A stretch of DNA of 64,000 bases from Candidatus Bathyarchaeota archaeon (GTDB lineage Archaea > Thermoproteota > Bathyarchaeia > Bathyarchaeales > WUQV01): NCBI GenBank assembly GCA_021158125.1, contig JAGGVF010000008.1, positions 3,827-67,826 on the forward strand, given 5' to 3'. Both the position numbers and the translations under genes were made by a program. The notes beneath the pieces were generated by a model, which did no database searches, had not been told where the DNA came from, and worked only from the letters and a program-made list of their open reading frames with translations. How positions within the stretch are numbered: position 1 is the stretch's first letter; each line of letters starts with the position of its first letter. Positions 8,936 through 19,286 of the stretch are shown here, in pieces.

Positions 8936-9324
8936 TTTTTCTCTTTTAAATATATTCTAAAAACAGTGGTATAAGCTTATAGTTTAATATCTCTCTTGCG
9001 CATTGTATGTAAAGCTATGGACTGGAGCTGCAAGAATGCCGAACAAGAAGTTGAAGGGATTGTTTAATAATAAACTTTAGTCAGGTTGAAATATTATATT
9101 CAATTCAAGGATAAAATGGATGGTTGATAAATTTACACGAACACATTCAGAGATGCCTATTACTAGAGAAAAATACGGAGCAATATTTTAAACAGCGAAT
9201 ATTTTCAAACCACATGGTGGTAGAGACGATGGATAATATTATAAAGCTTAAGTTCAGTTGTTCTACAATTTCCGGGAAAACGAAATGAATTAGTTTTCCA
9301 TTTAATTACAATAAATAAGAAGGG

Positions 9325-10563
9325 ATGAACATGAAGAAAATTTTGATGATAACCTATAACTTTCCTCCATTCGTAACTGTAGGTGCTATTAGGCCTCTTA
9401 AATTTGCTAAGTACCTGCCAAAGTTTGGATGGGACCCCGTAATATTAACAGTTAATCATCCTGGTCCTTTTACACGTAAACTAGACCATCAATTTATGAA
9501 AAATGACGTAAAAAACATCAAAGTCTATAAAAGTTTTGGGTTTCCATTAGTCTGGGTAGCTAAAGGGCTAAGGCTCTTTAGGATTAATAGTAAATGGTTC
9601 TTTATCCCAGATCCACATTATGGATGGTTTCTCCATTCTGTTCTTTTAGGAAAAAGAATCATTAAAAAAGAAAAAATAGACGTTATTTATGCAACAAGTC
9701 CACCGCCAACTTCTTTACTTATAGGAGTTTTCTTGAAAAAAATTTGCAATAAACCCTTAATAATTGATTATAGAGATTTATGGACTGGTAATCCATTTGT
9801 TTCATATCCTACAAAGTTTCACTTCGATTTTGAGAAAAAAATAGAGGGATGGGTTTTAAAACATGCTGAAATCATCAGCGTGGTGAACAATAATATGAAA
9901 CGAAAGCTACTACGAACTTTTCCTTTCCTAGATGAATCGAAAATTGTTGTAATTCCAAACGGTTACGACCCAGAAGACTTTAAAAAAGTAACTCCGCAAA
10001 AGTTTAAAAAGTTTACAATTCTTCATGCGGGGTCTATTTACGGTCATCGAGTGAAGTATTTTAAACTGTTGTTAGAGGTCATAAATGAACTTATTCAAGA
10101 AGGGTCTGTTTTGATAGAGGATTTTCAGCTGATTTTTGTTGGATATCTGGCTAGAGCTGCCAAAAAAATTTTAAACAGAATGCATTTGCCTAATGTTTAT
10201 TATCTTGGAGTTAAAAATCATGAAGAAACTATTAGGTTCATGTTAGGTGCAGATGTGTTATTGTTAATACCGGGTACAAGTGAAACTTTAACGTCAAAAA
10301 TTTTTGAATATTTGGCTGCTAAAAAGTTTATTTTAAACATTTCCGATGAGAACGGTCAAGCTTCCCGTTTTATTGAAAGAATGAAAGCTGGAAAGACTGT
10401 CACTCCTTTAACATTATATAAAACACTTCGTGACATTTTAACTTCCAAAAATGTTAGGGTAACGCTGAACAGTAATGAGCTGGATAAATTCTCAAAACCT
10501 AATTTAACGAAACTCCTGGCTTCAAAGCTTGAGTTAATTTATTTAAAAACCTTAAGAAAATAA
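9325..10563 (+). CDS. GT-B fold glycosyltransferase (family 4 / group 1-like)
   Basis: MKKILMITYNFPPF N-terminus and a C-terminal half with TSKIFEYLAAKKFIL, typical of GT4 enzymes. Confidence 0.7.
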   Translation: MNMKKILMITYNFPPFVTVGAIRPLKFAKYLPKFGWDPVILTVNHPGPFTRKLDHQFMKNDVKNIKVYKSFGFPLVWVAKGLRLFRINSKWFFIPDPHYGWFLHSVLLGKRIIKKEKIDVIYATSPPPTSLLIGVFLKKICNKPLIIDYRDLWTGNPFVSYPTKFHFDFEKKIEGWVLKHAEIISVVNNNMKRKLLRTFPFLDESKIVVIPNGYDPEDFKKVTPQKFKKFTILHAGSIYGHRVKYFKLLLEVINELIQEGSVLIEDFQLIFVGYLARAAKKILNRMHLPNVYYLGVKNHEETIRFMLGADVLLLIPGTSETLTSKIFEYLAAKKFILNISDENGQASRFIERMKAGKTVTPLTLYKTLRDILTSKNVRVTLNSNELDKFSKPNLTKLLASKLELIYLKTLRK

Positions 10564-10590
10564 TTCTGGATCGTAATTTAATTTAAAACA

Positions 10591-11691
10591 TTAATTAATG
10601 CTGTTCATGTAATGGTCGATTATACCTTTTATTTTTCCGGCCGCATCCCCGTTTCCTAATGCCTTTCTTGGTTTATTGCTCTTTGGTTCAAAAAATTTCA
10701 CGGCCTCTACTATCTTTTTGGTGGATGTACCTACTAACTTGTTCCATCCTTCTTTTACCGTTTCTATAGTTCCTGTTGTCAATAATAGGGTGATGCATGG
10801 TATCCCAAGTACGTATGCTTCCTTTTGAATCCCGCCCGAATCTGTTACTATTTTTTGAGAGTTTTTTTCCAGTTTTATAAAGTCCAAATAGTTTAAGGGA
10901 GGTATGATCTCAACATTATCTGATTTTTCCAATTTTTCCAGTAAATTATATTTTTCTAGAAACTTTTTGGTTCTTGGATGTATTGGAAACACGATTTTGT
11001 ATTCTTTTAGTTCTAATAATGCTTCTATTATGCTCTCAGCTTTTCTTCTTTCTTCAGTGTTTTCTTCCCTATGGAATGTTATTGTTATATATTCTTTAGG
11101 TTTTAGGTCCAGTTTCTTAAGTATTCTCGATTTTTCCTCTGCTATTTTCACATAATCTAGTAGAACATCTACCATAACATCTCCCGTTAAGTGGATTTTT
11201 CCTCGCGCGTTTTCTCTTTTTAGGTTTTTTACTGCGGTTTTTGTTGGCGCAAATAATAAATCTGAGATTGCGTCCGTCAGCATCCTATTTACTTCTTCAG
11301 GCATTTTTTTGTCGAAACTTCTATATCCTGCTTCTACATGAGCTACTTTCATATGAAGTTTTACTGCTGCAAGTGACCCCGCCAAAGTTGAGTTGCAATC
11401 ACCATATACTATTACTAAATCTGGCTTTTCCTTCATTAAGACTCTTTCCGTCCTCTTTACCATCTCTCCTAGTTGATAGGCATGAGTTCCTGAACCTACT
11501 TCTAGATTATAATCTGGTTCTGGGAGTTCTAAGCATTCAAAGAACGCTCTTGAAAGTTCATAATCATAGTGTTGACCAGTGTGAACAATTATGTGATCGT
11601 AATCTTTCTCCAAGAATTTATGTAAAGCTGCTAACTTAACGAAATTAGGCCGAACACCAACCACAGACACTATCTTATTATATGTTTTCAT
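10591..11691 (-). CDS. wecB: UDP-N-acetylglucosamine 2-epimerase (non-hydrolysing)
   Basis: VVGVRPNFVKLAALH..IVHTGQHYDYELS..VIVYGDCNSTLAGSLAA..HVEAGYRSFD..DSGGIQKEAYVLGIPCITL. Confidence 0.9.
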   Translation of the reverse strand: MKTYNKIVSVVGVRPNFVKLAALHKFLEKDYDHIIVHTGQHYDYELSRAFFECLELPEPDYNLEVGSGTHAYQLGEMVKRTERVLMKEKPDLVIVYGDCNSTLAGSLAAVKLHMKVAHVEAGYRSFDKKMPEEVNRMLTDAISDLLFAPTKTAVKNLKRENARGKIHLTGDVMVDVLLDYVKIAEEKSRILKKLDLKPKEYITITFHREENTEERRKAESIIEALLELKEYKIVFPIHPRTKKFLEKYNLLEKLEKSDNVEIIPPLNYLDFIKLEKNSQKIVTDSGGIQKEAYVLGIPCITLLLTTGTIETVKEGWNKLVGTSTKKIVEAVKFFEPKSNKPRKALGNGDAAGKIKGIIDHYMNSIN

Positions 11692-11835
11692 AGATATTTC
11701 TCACTACGTTGTTATTTATCATTAAGCTTTTTCTACACCTCAGCAGTAGTAATTACAACCCTTGCAGATTATTTTTTCTATAAGTAACCAACAATAGAGC
11801 AATGAACTAGCATAGATAGCGTTACCAGGAAAAAA

Positions 11836-12354
11836 TTAGCGTGGTTTTAACTTAAACATTACATGAGAAAATTTTATCTGTGGAATAACCTTTAGCAGAG
11901 GCTCTAGTATTTTTAGCTTATGTTTCCCTCTCGGGTACCAGTTAAGAAATCTAACGTTAACCACTTTGAACCCAGCATGATAAGCCAAACTAGAAAATTC
12001 AAATACATCCCAAGCTTGCTTATGTCCTGTGCTCGGAATTTCATCGAAGATCTCGTGTCTCTTCATAAAAAACCTTAAAATCCTTCGCCAATACCAGACG
12101 TTAGGTACGCTTACTATTACATCTCCATCATCCTTTAATACTCTTCTAAACTCTTTCAAAGCATTAAAAGGTGAATCTAGATGTTCTAAGACTTCAAAAC
12201 AAACAATTCTGTCAAAAGTGGAATCCCTAAAGGCTAGAAAGTGAGCATCCATTAATATAGTGACAGAAGGAAATCTTTTTACATCAATTCTCACATCCCC
12301 AAAGTAGCTGGCCCTATCACACTCTCTTCCTCCACATCCAACGTTAAGTATCAT
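11836..12354 (-). CDS. Class I SAM-dependent methyltransferase
   Basis: ILNVGCGG motif I, FDRIVCFEVLEHL, and a small 172-aa Methyltransf_11-like architecture. Confidence 0.8.
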   Translation of the reverse strand: MILNVGCGGRECDRASYFGDVRIDVKRFPSVTILMDAHFLAFRDSTFDRIVCFEVLEHLDSPFNALKEFRRVLKDDGDVIVSVPNVWYWRRILRFFMKRHEIFDEIPSTGHKQAWDVFEFSSLAYHAGFKVVNVRFLNWYPRGKHKLKILEPLLKVIPQIKFSHVMFKLKPR

Positions 12355-12390
12355 AATACTTACCCGGATTTAATACACCAAAATTTAGTC

Positions 12391-13941
12391 TTAAGTTTTT
12401 ATCGGACGCCCTCTTAATAGCTTAGTCTTGTTAACTTCAAGTTTGATTTCGTTTAGAATTTCTTTAACTAAGCTCCTGGCGTCTTTGTCTATAATCAGTA
12501 AAATTGCAAAGTATATGGCCCCTGCAATAACAGTATACAACAAAACAGTCGAAATCCTAGTTGGATGATCTATTAAGAGAAGAAAAACCGCCATAATCGC
12601 TGAAGCGAACGAATATTTCAGCAAGTTTTTCCATGGGAAAATAAAATCTAACGTCTTTTTAACAAGAATACATCTTATAATCAAAAGAATTATTTCTGCA
12701 ATGAACATCAATACTGCAATGTACAGGGCGGAAGTTAAAGGGTCATCTCTAAAAATTGGAAGGAAAAAAAGCAACGCAGGCAAAATAATTGCTGCTTTAA
12801 TATACGACAACGTGAAAACAACGAATATTTTACTTTTAACCAATTTTTTAAGATGAATTCTTGCTTCTAAGTCTATTTTTTCGGTCCCAAACAGAATGGA
12901 GTTAAGAACTTGAGAAATACTTAAGGCAAGCATAGCGAAAGCCAATAAACGTAAAACAGGAGTCGCAACAGAGTAATCAACGAATTCTCCATCAATTTTT
13001 CCCTTACCAAGAATTGTTAAATAAGAATCAGCAAGTACAAATATGCCAGCAGTCATGGGCAAGGCAAACATGAAAAAAAGTTTGAAGGACTCTGAAACGT
13101 CTTCTGGATTCTTTAAAATTAGAAGTCTAGGATACAACGCGAAAACTAAATACATTGAATACGTTATTACGGTTGCTATTTGAGATGACGCACCATAGTA
13201 AGCTCTTGCTTTTAATCCGACTTCGCCGCAGATTATGATGAGTAAAATAAAACTGAAAGTAGCCAGTCTCTGACCAATTATGTTGTATAAATTGGCAAGC
13301 GAACCCTTCGTCCATTCTTTAACGTATTCCCATTCAATTTTTCCTTTCAAGCTCTTTCTGCTCATATATAGGAAAAAAAGTGTTTGCGCCAAGAATCCGC
13401 ATATTAAAGCAAACATAGCGCCTTGAAGCCCCATTCTCAATTGCATTACAAACAAATACGCTAGAGCTACTCTGACAACTTCCTCTAATAGTAAGCCATA
13501 ACTAAGAGATTCAATATTAACCACCCGCAAAACCGATTGAAAAGCCGACAGCATATAAAGTTCAACTATTTGAAACGACGCTAACAAGTACACCGGAAGA
13601 TAATTCATACTTATACCTAGCAGCGGAAGAATAAACGGTATTAGGAAAACATAAAGTGCTGATGAAATTATTCCCAAAAGTAAGTTGGCAATAACTCCAG
13701 TTTTTGCTGAACCCTCATGACCTCGGGCAACAAAACGCATAATCCAAAAAGGAAAAATCGCCGACAATAACGTGAAATATATAATTATGTCAGAGTTAAT
13801 GTTTCTCCAAACTCCATACTCTTCAACGGGAACATTTCTAGTAATCATAATGGTGAAAGCCATACCCGTGGCTATGCTTAGGATACGAGACAAAAACAGT
13901 ACTAACCCTGAACGCACTAACCGCGGCGCTTCTGTTTCCAA
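12391..13941 (-). CDS. Oligo/polysaccharide flippase (MOP/Wzx-like)
   Basis: 516 aa and highly hydrophobic with about 12-14 predicted TM helices. Lies inside a glycan biosynthesis cluster. Confidence 0.7.
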   Translation of the reverse strand: METEAPRLVRSGLVLFLSRILSIATGMAFTIMITRNVPVEEYGVWRNINSDIIIYFTLLSAIFPFWIMRFVARGHEGSAKTGVIANLLLGIISSALYVFLIPFILPLLGISMNYLPVYLLASFQIVELYMLSAFQSVLRVVNIESLSYGLLLEEVVRVALAYLFVMQLRMGLQGAMFALICGFLAQTLFFLYMSRKSLKGKIEWEYVKEWTKGSLANLYNIIGQRLATFSFILLIIICGEVGLKARAYYGASSQIATVITYSMYLVFALYPRLLILKNPEDVSESFKLFFMFALPMTAGIFVLADSYLTILGKGKIDGEFVDYSVATPVLRLLAFAMLALSISQVLNSILFGTEKIDLEARIHLKKLVKSKIFVVFTLSYIKAAIILPALLFFLPIFRDDPLTSALYIAVLMFIAEIILLIIRCILVKKTLDFIFPWKNLLKYSFASAIMAVFLLLIDHPTRISTVLLYTVIAGAIYFAILLIIDKDARSLVKEILNEIKLEVNKTKLLRGRPIKT

Positions 13942-13997
13942 AGTCCTTAAACGCTCCAGTGAAGTTTAGGAATAATTTCATAAGAGCCAGTTATAAT

Positions 13998-15383
13998 TTA
14001 TCCTCTTCCTAAGCTTATGAGAAGTATACCCTTTTCTTCGGCCTCTTCTGGGTCTAAAATACGGCTTAGATCTACTATCACAGACAACGATTTCATTAAA
14101 ACCTTGATATTTTCTAATCTTATTTTCTTGAAATAATCATGCCCAATCGTTATTAAGAGGCAGTCAGCACCTTTTATTGCAGTTTTCCAAGAATTTTCAG
14201 CTGGACATCCTAGCTTTGAAAGTTCCTTTTTGCTGAAAAACGGGTCATAAACTTTTACTTTGGCTCCTTTAGACTCAAGCGTTTTTACAAGGTTGACTGT
14301 TTCAGGATTTATGGAAGTTTTTATGTTTGCCTTGCAAGATATGCCGAAAATGGTTATTCGGCTTCCTCTTAAAGGTTTTTCGCAACGTTTTAACGCCTTC
14401 CTTACAAGTTTAACAACATGTTTGACCATGTTTTCATTAACTTCTCTCGCAAGTCTAGTTATTCTTAGCTTAGCTGCAAAGTCTTCAGCTTCTTTTAGAA
14501 GCAAATACGGGATTTTCTGTGCGCATTTACTTGTAACTTCAGGGGCAAGAAGACGGCATTGTGGATTGGCATTTGCGGCTTTATAAACTTCTGCATAGTC
14601 TATTCCTGCTTTTTCACAGAAAACTGCAAGTTCGTTACTTAAGGCTAAGACGACGTCTCTATATACATTTTGGAAGAGACAAGCTGTTTCGGCGGCTTTT
14701 ATACTGCTCAATGGGATAATTGCCGATTTACCCATGCTGCTAAAGATTAAAGTGGCTGCTTTAAGACTTTCATTGTTTATGCCAGCAACCAATCTTGGGT
14801 TATGAGAAATGTCATGAAGAACTCTTCCTACGGTAGCCTCTGTTGAGCTGAATGCTAAACCAAAGTCAGTTCCAGCTTTTAGTCCCGAAGAGTTTTCCAC
14901 CCAGTTTTTAACCAGCGTTTCGGTCACTCCAGGGCCAACAATGGTTGCCATAATAATTAATGTGCCCTTTTGCAGTGCTTTTCCAATTTCCCTACATGTT
15001 CTTTCAAGTTTAGAGTAGTCGGGTCTCCCCTTTTTATCAACAAGTATATCGTCAACTATTATTATAACATCGCTTTGGAAAACTGCTTGTTTGATGTTAG
15101 TAGAGACGGCCAATCTGCCATTCTTAACATTTTTTGACACTAGATCTTCTAAACCTTGCTCGTGGAAGGGACTTTTACCGCTCTTTATTGTCTCTATAAT
15201 TTTTATGTTCTTATCGGCCCCAATGACTTTAAAACCAGCTTCAGCGAGGAGACAAGCAGTTGAGAGCCCTATTTCATTACATTTAATAACACATATTTTG
15301 GTTTTACTTCTCTCTTCAAATGAATTCAGCGTTTGCTTGCTAAGATTCATTCCATGGATTTTTTGCAGTTTTCTCCTCCCCAT
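13998..15383 (-). CDS. UDP-sugar/nucleotide-sugar dehydrogenase family paralogue with degenerate cofactor and active-site motifs
   Basis: Collinear with the neighbouring paralogue, but GLGKMG is replaced by KCNEIG and GVGGHCIP is replaced by TSKCAQKIP. Confidence 0.7.
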   Translation of the reverse strand: MGRRKLQKIHGMNLSKQTLNSFEERSKTKICVIKCNEIGLSTACLLAEAGFKVIGADKNIKIIETIKSGKSPFHEQGLEDLVSKNVKNGRLAVSTNIKQAVFQSDVIIIVDDILVDKKGRPDYSKLERTCREIGKALQKGTLIIMATIVGPGVTETLVKNWVENSSGLKAGTDFGLAFSSTEATVGRVLHDISHNPRLVAGINNESLKAATLIFSSMGKSAIIPLSSIKAAETACLFQNVYRDVVLALSNELAVFCEKAGIDYAEVYKAANANPQCRLLAPEVTSKCAQKIPYLLLKEAEDFAAKLRITRLAREVNENMVKHVVKLVRKALKRCEKPLRGSRITIFGISCKANIKTSINPETVNLVKTLESKGAKVKVYDPFFSKKELSKLGCPAENSWKTAIKGADCLLITIGHDYFKKIRLENIKVLMKSLSVIVDLSRILDPEEAEEKGILLISLGRG

Positions 15384-15463
15384 CTTACTCTATATATGCG
15401 ATTTTGATGAACAACGCCAAATTTTTCTAAAGTTTTCCATTGGCATGGGTTTAGTAGATATGC

Positions 15464-16798
15464 CTACTTTTGCGGTCGGCCTATACCCTTATCTGCGTCT
15501 TTTAATCTGTTTCTACCATCTATAATTATGCAATCGCGTTTTATTTTTTCTTTGACATGTTTGAACTTTTCGTACATTGTTGCAATTATTATACAGTCGG
15601 CTTTTTTCAGGAGACTTTCGTATTCTCCGCTTTGGGCACCAGTAATCTTCTCTGTTTCTTCTTTGGTGAAAATCGGGTCGTAAACTGAAACGTTGACGCC
15701 GCTTTTCTTCAATATCTTTACCATGTCAAGTGTAGGCGAGTTTAGCGTTTCTTTTATGTGTGGGCGGTAAGCTAGGCCAAGAATAACTATGTTAGTGCCT
15801 TCTAAAGTTTTACCTTTCTTCTCTAGTTCTTTTTCCGCCAGTTTTACGGTGTATTCAGGCATACTTTCATTCGTTTTTCTCGCAGCTTTAATTAACGGAA
15901 CTACACCATCTGCATCTTTCAAATTACTAATTATGAAATAAGGGTAGACTGGGATGCAGTGGCCTCCTACACCGCAGCCTGGCTCTAGCATGAGTCTTCG
16001 AGGTGAAGAATTAACTGCTTTAATGACTTCCATAATATCGATATTGTACATGTCAGCTAGTTTTGCCATTTCGTTTGCAAAGGCAATGTTTACATCTCGC
16101 CATATTCCCGCCGCGAGTTTTATCATTTCGGCTGTCCTTGGGTTTGAAACGATTTCTACTCCGGCCGGGCAAATTGTTTTGTAAATTTCGCTGGCGATGA
16201 AAGCTGTCTTTTTATCTATAGCCCCTATTATTTTCTTTAATTCTCTGAGTCTAGAAAAGAATTTTCCAGCCATTAGTCTTTCAGGCGAGTAAAATAGCCC
16301 GAAGTCTTTTCCAGCTTTAAGTCCGGACTTTTCTAAAATTGGCTTTAGCATATTCTCAGTTGAACCTATAGGCAGAGTGGTCTCATAGCCTACAATATGC
16401 CCCTTATCGAGATTTTCTGATATTATTTTAGTAACTTCGATAATCGTTGAAAAAATTGGTTTTTTCCTCTTGTCTAAAATTAGAGGAACTATAACTATAA
16501 TGAAATCGCTGTTTTTTACTGCATCCTCTCCATTTAATGTTGCAGTTAACTTTTTGTTCTTAATTGCTTTCGTTAATTTTTCGTCAAGTTCCGGCTCTTT
16601 AAACCATGTAACTCCATTGTTCACGTTCTGTACAACCTTGGAGTTTGTGTCTACGCCAATTACCTTAAAGCCTGCATCTGCAAATGCGCATGCGAGTGGC
16701 AGCCCCATTTTGCCGAGTCCGAAAACGCATAATGTAACTTTTCTTTGTTGAATTTTTGTTTTGATTTCTTCTATGCTAAGGGTGAACAAGCTTTTCAC
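15464..16798 (-). CDS. wecC: UDP-N-acetyl-D-mannosamine (nucleotide-sugar) dehydrogenase
   Basis: VFGLGKMGLPLACAFADAGFKVIGVD (GxGxxG), catalytic GCGVGGHCIPVYPYF. Lies in the same locus as wecB. Confidence 0.8.
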   Translation of the reverse strand: MKSLFTLSIEEIKTKIQQRKVTLCVFGLGKMGLPLACAFADAGFKVIGVDTNSKVVQNVNNGVTWFKEPELDEKLTKAIKNKKLTATLNGEDAVKNSDFIIVIVPLILDKRKKPIFSTIIEVTKIISENLDKGHIVGYETTLPIGSTENMLKPILEKSGLKAGKDFGLFYSPERLMAGKFFSRLRELKKIIGAIDKKTAFIASEIYKTICPAGVEIVSNPRTAEMIKLAAGIWRDVNIAFANEMAKLADMYNIDIMEVIKAVNSSPRRLMLEPGCGVGGHCIPVYPYFIISNLKDADGVVPLIKAARKTNESMPEYTVKLAEKELEKKGKTLEGTNIVILGLAYRPHIKETLNSPTLDMVKILKKSGVNVSVYDPIFTKEETEKITGAQSGEYESLLKKADCIIIATMYEKFKHVKEKIKRDCIIIDGRNRLKDADKGIGRPQK

Positions 16799-16825
16799 TT
16801 TGGTTAATGGCTTTGGATTGGTTAG

Positions 16826-17332
16826 TTAAATTTTTTCCGCTAGTCGTTTTATTGCGTTGGCCAGTGGGCCTTCTTCAAATCTTAAGGAGACTATAGGTAT
16901 GTCTACTACTTTCTCAAGAGTTGTCGCAGCAATTGGTCCGCAGATTAGTCCTTTCACCCCTTCCTTTTGGGCTCTTATTCCTTGGATTATTTCTTCTTCA
17001 ATTGTTGTAGCTGGAAATTCCTTTATTTTGATTTCTTTATTACCAATTTTTACGGTTTTTCCAATGCTGTCTAGGGCGCCTCTGGCGGTTACTACACCGA
17101 TAATGAATTCATGCTCATAGCCTTCCATTTTCTTTACTGTGCGAATTATTTGCCTTAAAGTTGATATTCTAAAGTCTTTTCTTTCGCCTGAAATTATTTT
17201 GTAGAGTGTGCCTTTTGGTATTTGACTTATCTCGGCGAATTCGCCGATAGTCATTCCTAGTTTTGTTATTGTGTCTTTTAGTTTTTCTTCGAAGTTGTTT
17301 TCTATTATGCTGTGTAGTAACTCTAGCCACAT
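16826..17332 (-). CDS. XRE-type helix-turn-helix transcriptional regulator with a C-terminal sensor-like domain
   Basis: MTIGEFAEISQIPKGTLYKIISGERK HTH segment. Divergent from the ABC transporter operon. Confidence 0.6.
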   Translation of the reverse strand: MWLELLHSIIENNFEEKLKDTITKLGMTIGEFAEISQIPKGTLYKIISGERKDFRISTLRQIIRTVKKMEGYEHEFIIGVVTARGALDSIGKTVKIGNKEIKIKEFPATTIEEEIIQGIRAQKEGVKGLICGPIAATTLEKVVDIPIVSLRFEEGPLANAIKRLAEKI

Positions 17333-17448
17333 GAGTTTTTCTTTAGGAAAAACAGCATATAAAGTTTTCCTTTTTGTACTATAATTTGGTCATAAAAGGA
17401 AATAAATAAATATGAGAAAATCCAGTATCTCTGCGTTGGTGGAACAAG

Positions 17449-18456
17449 ATGGAAATAAAAACAAAAATGGTTTTGGCCATAGTCTTGATAGCCGTAGTTG
17501 CTATTGCAGGCTGGCAAACATGGGTTTACTTTAACCGTGAAACAGTGGACATACGCTATGGAGGACAGTACTACCCGGGTGAGTTCCTGTTGCTTGGAAT
17601 GCCGGAACTGTGGGAAAAATATGGCATTAAAGTTCAACATATACTGTTTAGCTCTGGAGCGGAAGGAAATGAAGCGTTAATTTCTGGAAAAGTCGACATC
17701 AACTGTGGAGCTGACTCTAAAACTATAGCGTTATTTAACGCCATACCCGACCAAGCGCTCATTATTGGCACGTTGCAGAGAGGAGACCGATACGCAACAG
17801 TTGTTCGAGCTGATTCAAACATCACATCTTGGGACGACTTAATAGGGAAAAAAGTAGCCACAAGATTCGGAACAGGAGCAGAAGGAGTGCTAAGAAAATA
17901 CTTTAACCGAACTTATTCTGAAAAACTTGGTAGAAATTACAAATGGGAAGACTTTGACTGGGTAGACCTTAAAATTGAAGATATGATAGCCGCCTTGGAA
18001 AGCGGACAAATTGAAGCCTTTACGGCGTGGGAGCCAACTCCAGCAATAGCTGAAGCTCAAAGGGTAGGCAAAGTAATGATGACCTATGGAGATATAGCAC
18101 TTGTTCCCGTAAGCTTACATACAACAAAACAATTTGCATATAGCCACCGTGATCTCATCGTCAGATTTCTTGCAGCTCATCTTGAGAAGGCAAAGATGAT
18201 AAAAGAGAACCCAGACCAGTGCGCTCAGATAGCTGCTCAAGCTGCCGCAAAAATGGGAATAGAAGTTTCACCTGAAGCCTTTAAAATAGTGTTTCAACGT
18301 ATTGATTTCACTATTGAGTTCAACCAGACAATAATAGACGCCATATACGACACAGCAGAGTTTCTATATCAACAGGGAAAGATAGATAAAAAACCAACAT
18401 TAGTATGGGACACAAGCTTCCTTGAAGAAGCCAAGCAGTTAGCGGGCATAACCTAA
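17449..18456 (+). CDS. ABC transporter substrate-binding protein (NMT1/THI5-SsuA/TauA-like)
   Basis: N-terminal anchor helix followed by a periplasmic-binding fold resembling NitT/TauT-family binding proteins. First gene of a 4-gene transporter operon. Confidence 0.75.
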   Translation: MEIKTKMVLAIVLIAVVAIAGWQTWVYFNRETVDIRYGGQYYPGEFLLLGMPELWEKYGIKVQHILFSSGAEGNEALISGKVDINCGADSKTIALFNAIPDQALIIGTLQRGDRYATVVRADSNITSWDDLIGKKVATRFGTGAEGVLRKYFNRTYSEKLGRNYKWEDFDWVDLKIEDMIAALESGQIEAFTAWEPTPAIAEAQRVGKVMMTYGDIALVPVSLHTTKQFAYSHRDLIVRFLAAHLEKAKMIKENPDQCAQIAAQAAAKMGIEVSPEAFKIVFQRIDFTIEFNQTIIDAIYDTAEFLYQQGKIDKKPTLVWDTSFLEEAKQLAGIT

Positions 18457-18482
18457 AAGCCGTATACAACAGAGGAACTTAC

Positions 18483-19286
18483 ATGAAACTGAAAGAATCT
18501 ACTGAAACCGTAATCTACTTCTTTATTTCAATAGGAATCATACTGGTAGGATGGGAAGCTTTCTCCAGACTTAACATATTAAATCCTTCACTGATTTCCC
18601 GGCCAAGCGAAATATTCACCGTTTTGTATGATCTCCTCAGTAAAACAGCGCCTTCAGGTATGCCTCTTCTGCTTGCTCATATCTATTCGAGTTTATATAG
18701 GCTGTTATACGCATACTTGATTGCACTTGCAATTGGGATAGGACTTGGAATACTCATGGGACAAAACGATAAAGTCTACTGGTTTTTTGAGCCGTTAATT
18801 ACTTTGGCATTACCTATTCCTGGAATAGCGTGGGCGCCTATCTTCATGGTTTGGTTAGGGTTCGGCGACCCCACAATAATTACGGTAGGTATACTTGCCG
18901 CTTTTTTCCCAATAGTTTATAACACTGCGGCTGGAGTAAGAAGCATAAAAAAGGAGTTGATATGGGCAGCTCAGTCTATGGGAGCCAACGGAAAAACTAT
19001 ATTTTTCAAAGTTTTACTTCCAGCTTCCCTAGGCTACATTTTTACTGGAATTAAACTTGGCCTGGCCAGAAGTTGGCGAACAATAATTGCCGTTGAAATG
19101 ATAGCAGGAACTCTCTGGGGATTAGGCTTCATGATCTACGACGCCAGAGAATACTTACGGCCATCAATCATTTACGCAGGAATAATAGTGCTTGCAGTCA
19201 CCTATTTTGTTATTGAGGGTTTAATTAAGCTTTTAGAAAAAAGAACTATTGAAAAGTGGGGCATGGTTCGAAAGGAGGCCATTTAA
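18483..19286 (+). CDS. ABC transporter permease (NitT/TauT family), copy 1
   Basis: BPD-type permease. Similar along most of its length to the next ORF and shares the C-terminus KRTIEKWGM with it. Confidence 0.85.
   Translation: MKLKESTETVIYFFISIGIILVGWEAFSRLNILNPSLISRPSEIFTVLYDLLSKTAPSGMPLLLAHIYSSLYRLLYAYLIALAIGIGLGILMGQNDKVYWFFEPLITLALPIPGIAWAPIFMVWLGFGDPTIITVGILAAFFPIVYNTAAGVRSIKKELIWAAQSMGANGKTIFFKVLLPASLGYIFTGIKLGLARSWRTIIAVEMIAGTLWGLGFMIYDAREYLRPSIIYAGIIVLAVTYFVIEGLIKLLEKRTIEKWGMVRKEAI

Noticed and set aside
8936-9324. Unusually long (389 nt) spacer between the divergent GT2 and GT4 genes; checked for small ORFs, C/D-box or other RNA motifs, and repeats
   Set aside because: It contains only very short ORFs without SD sites. 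I saw no box C (RUGAUGA)/box D (CUGA) pairing and no obvious structure. Most likely it is an AT-rich divergent promoter region or decayed DNA.
11241-11639. 132-aa ORF antisense to wecB, and similar antisense ORFs at 10904-11155, 15091-15525, 16470-16751, 19708-20058 and 30119-30451
   Set aside because: Each lies within a strongly supported gene on the other strand and has Leu/Ser/Phe-rich shadow composition.
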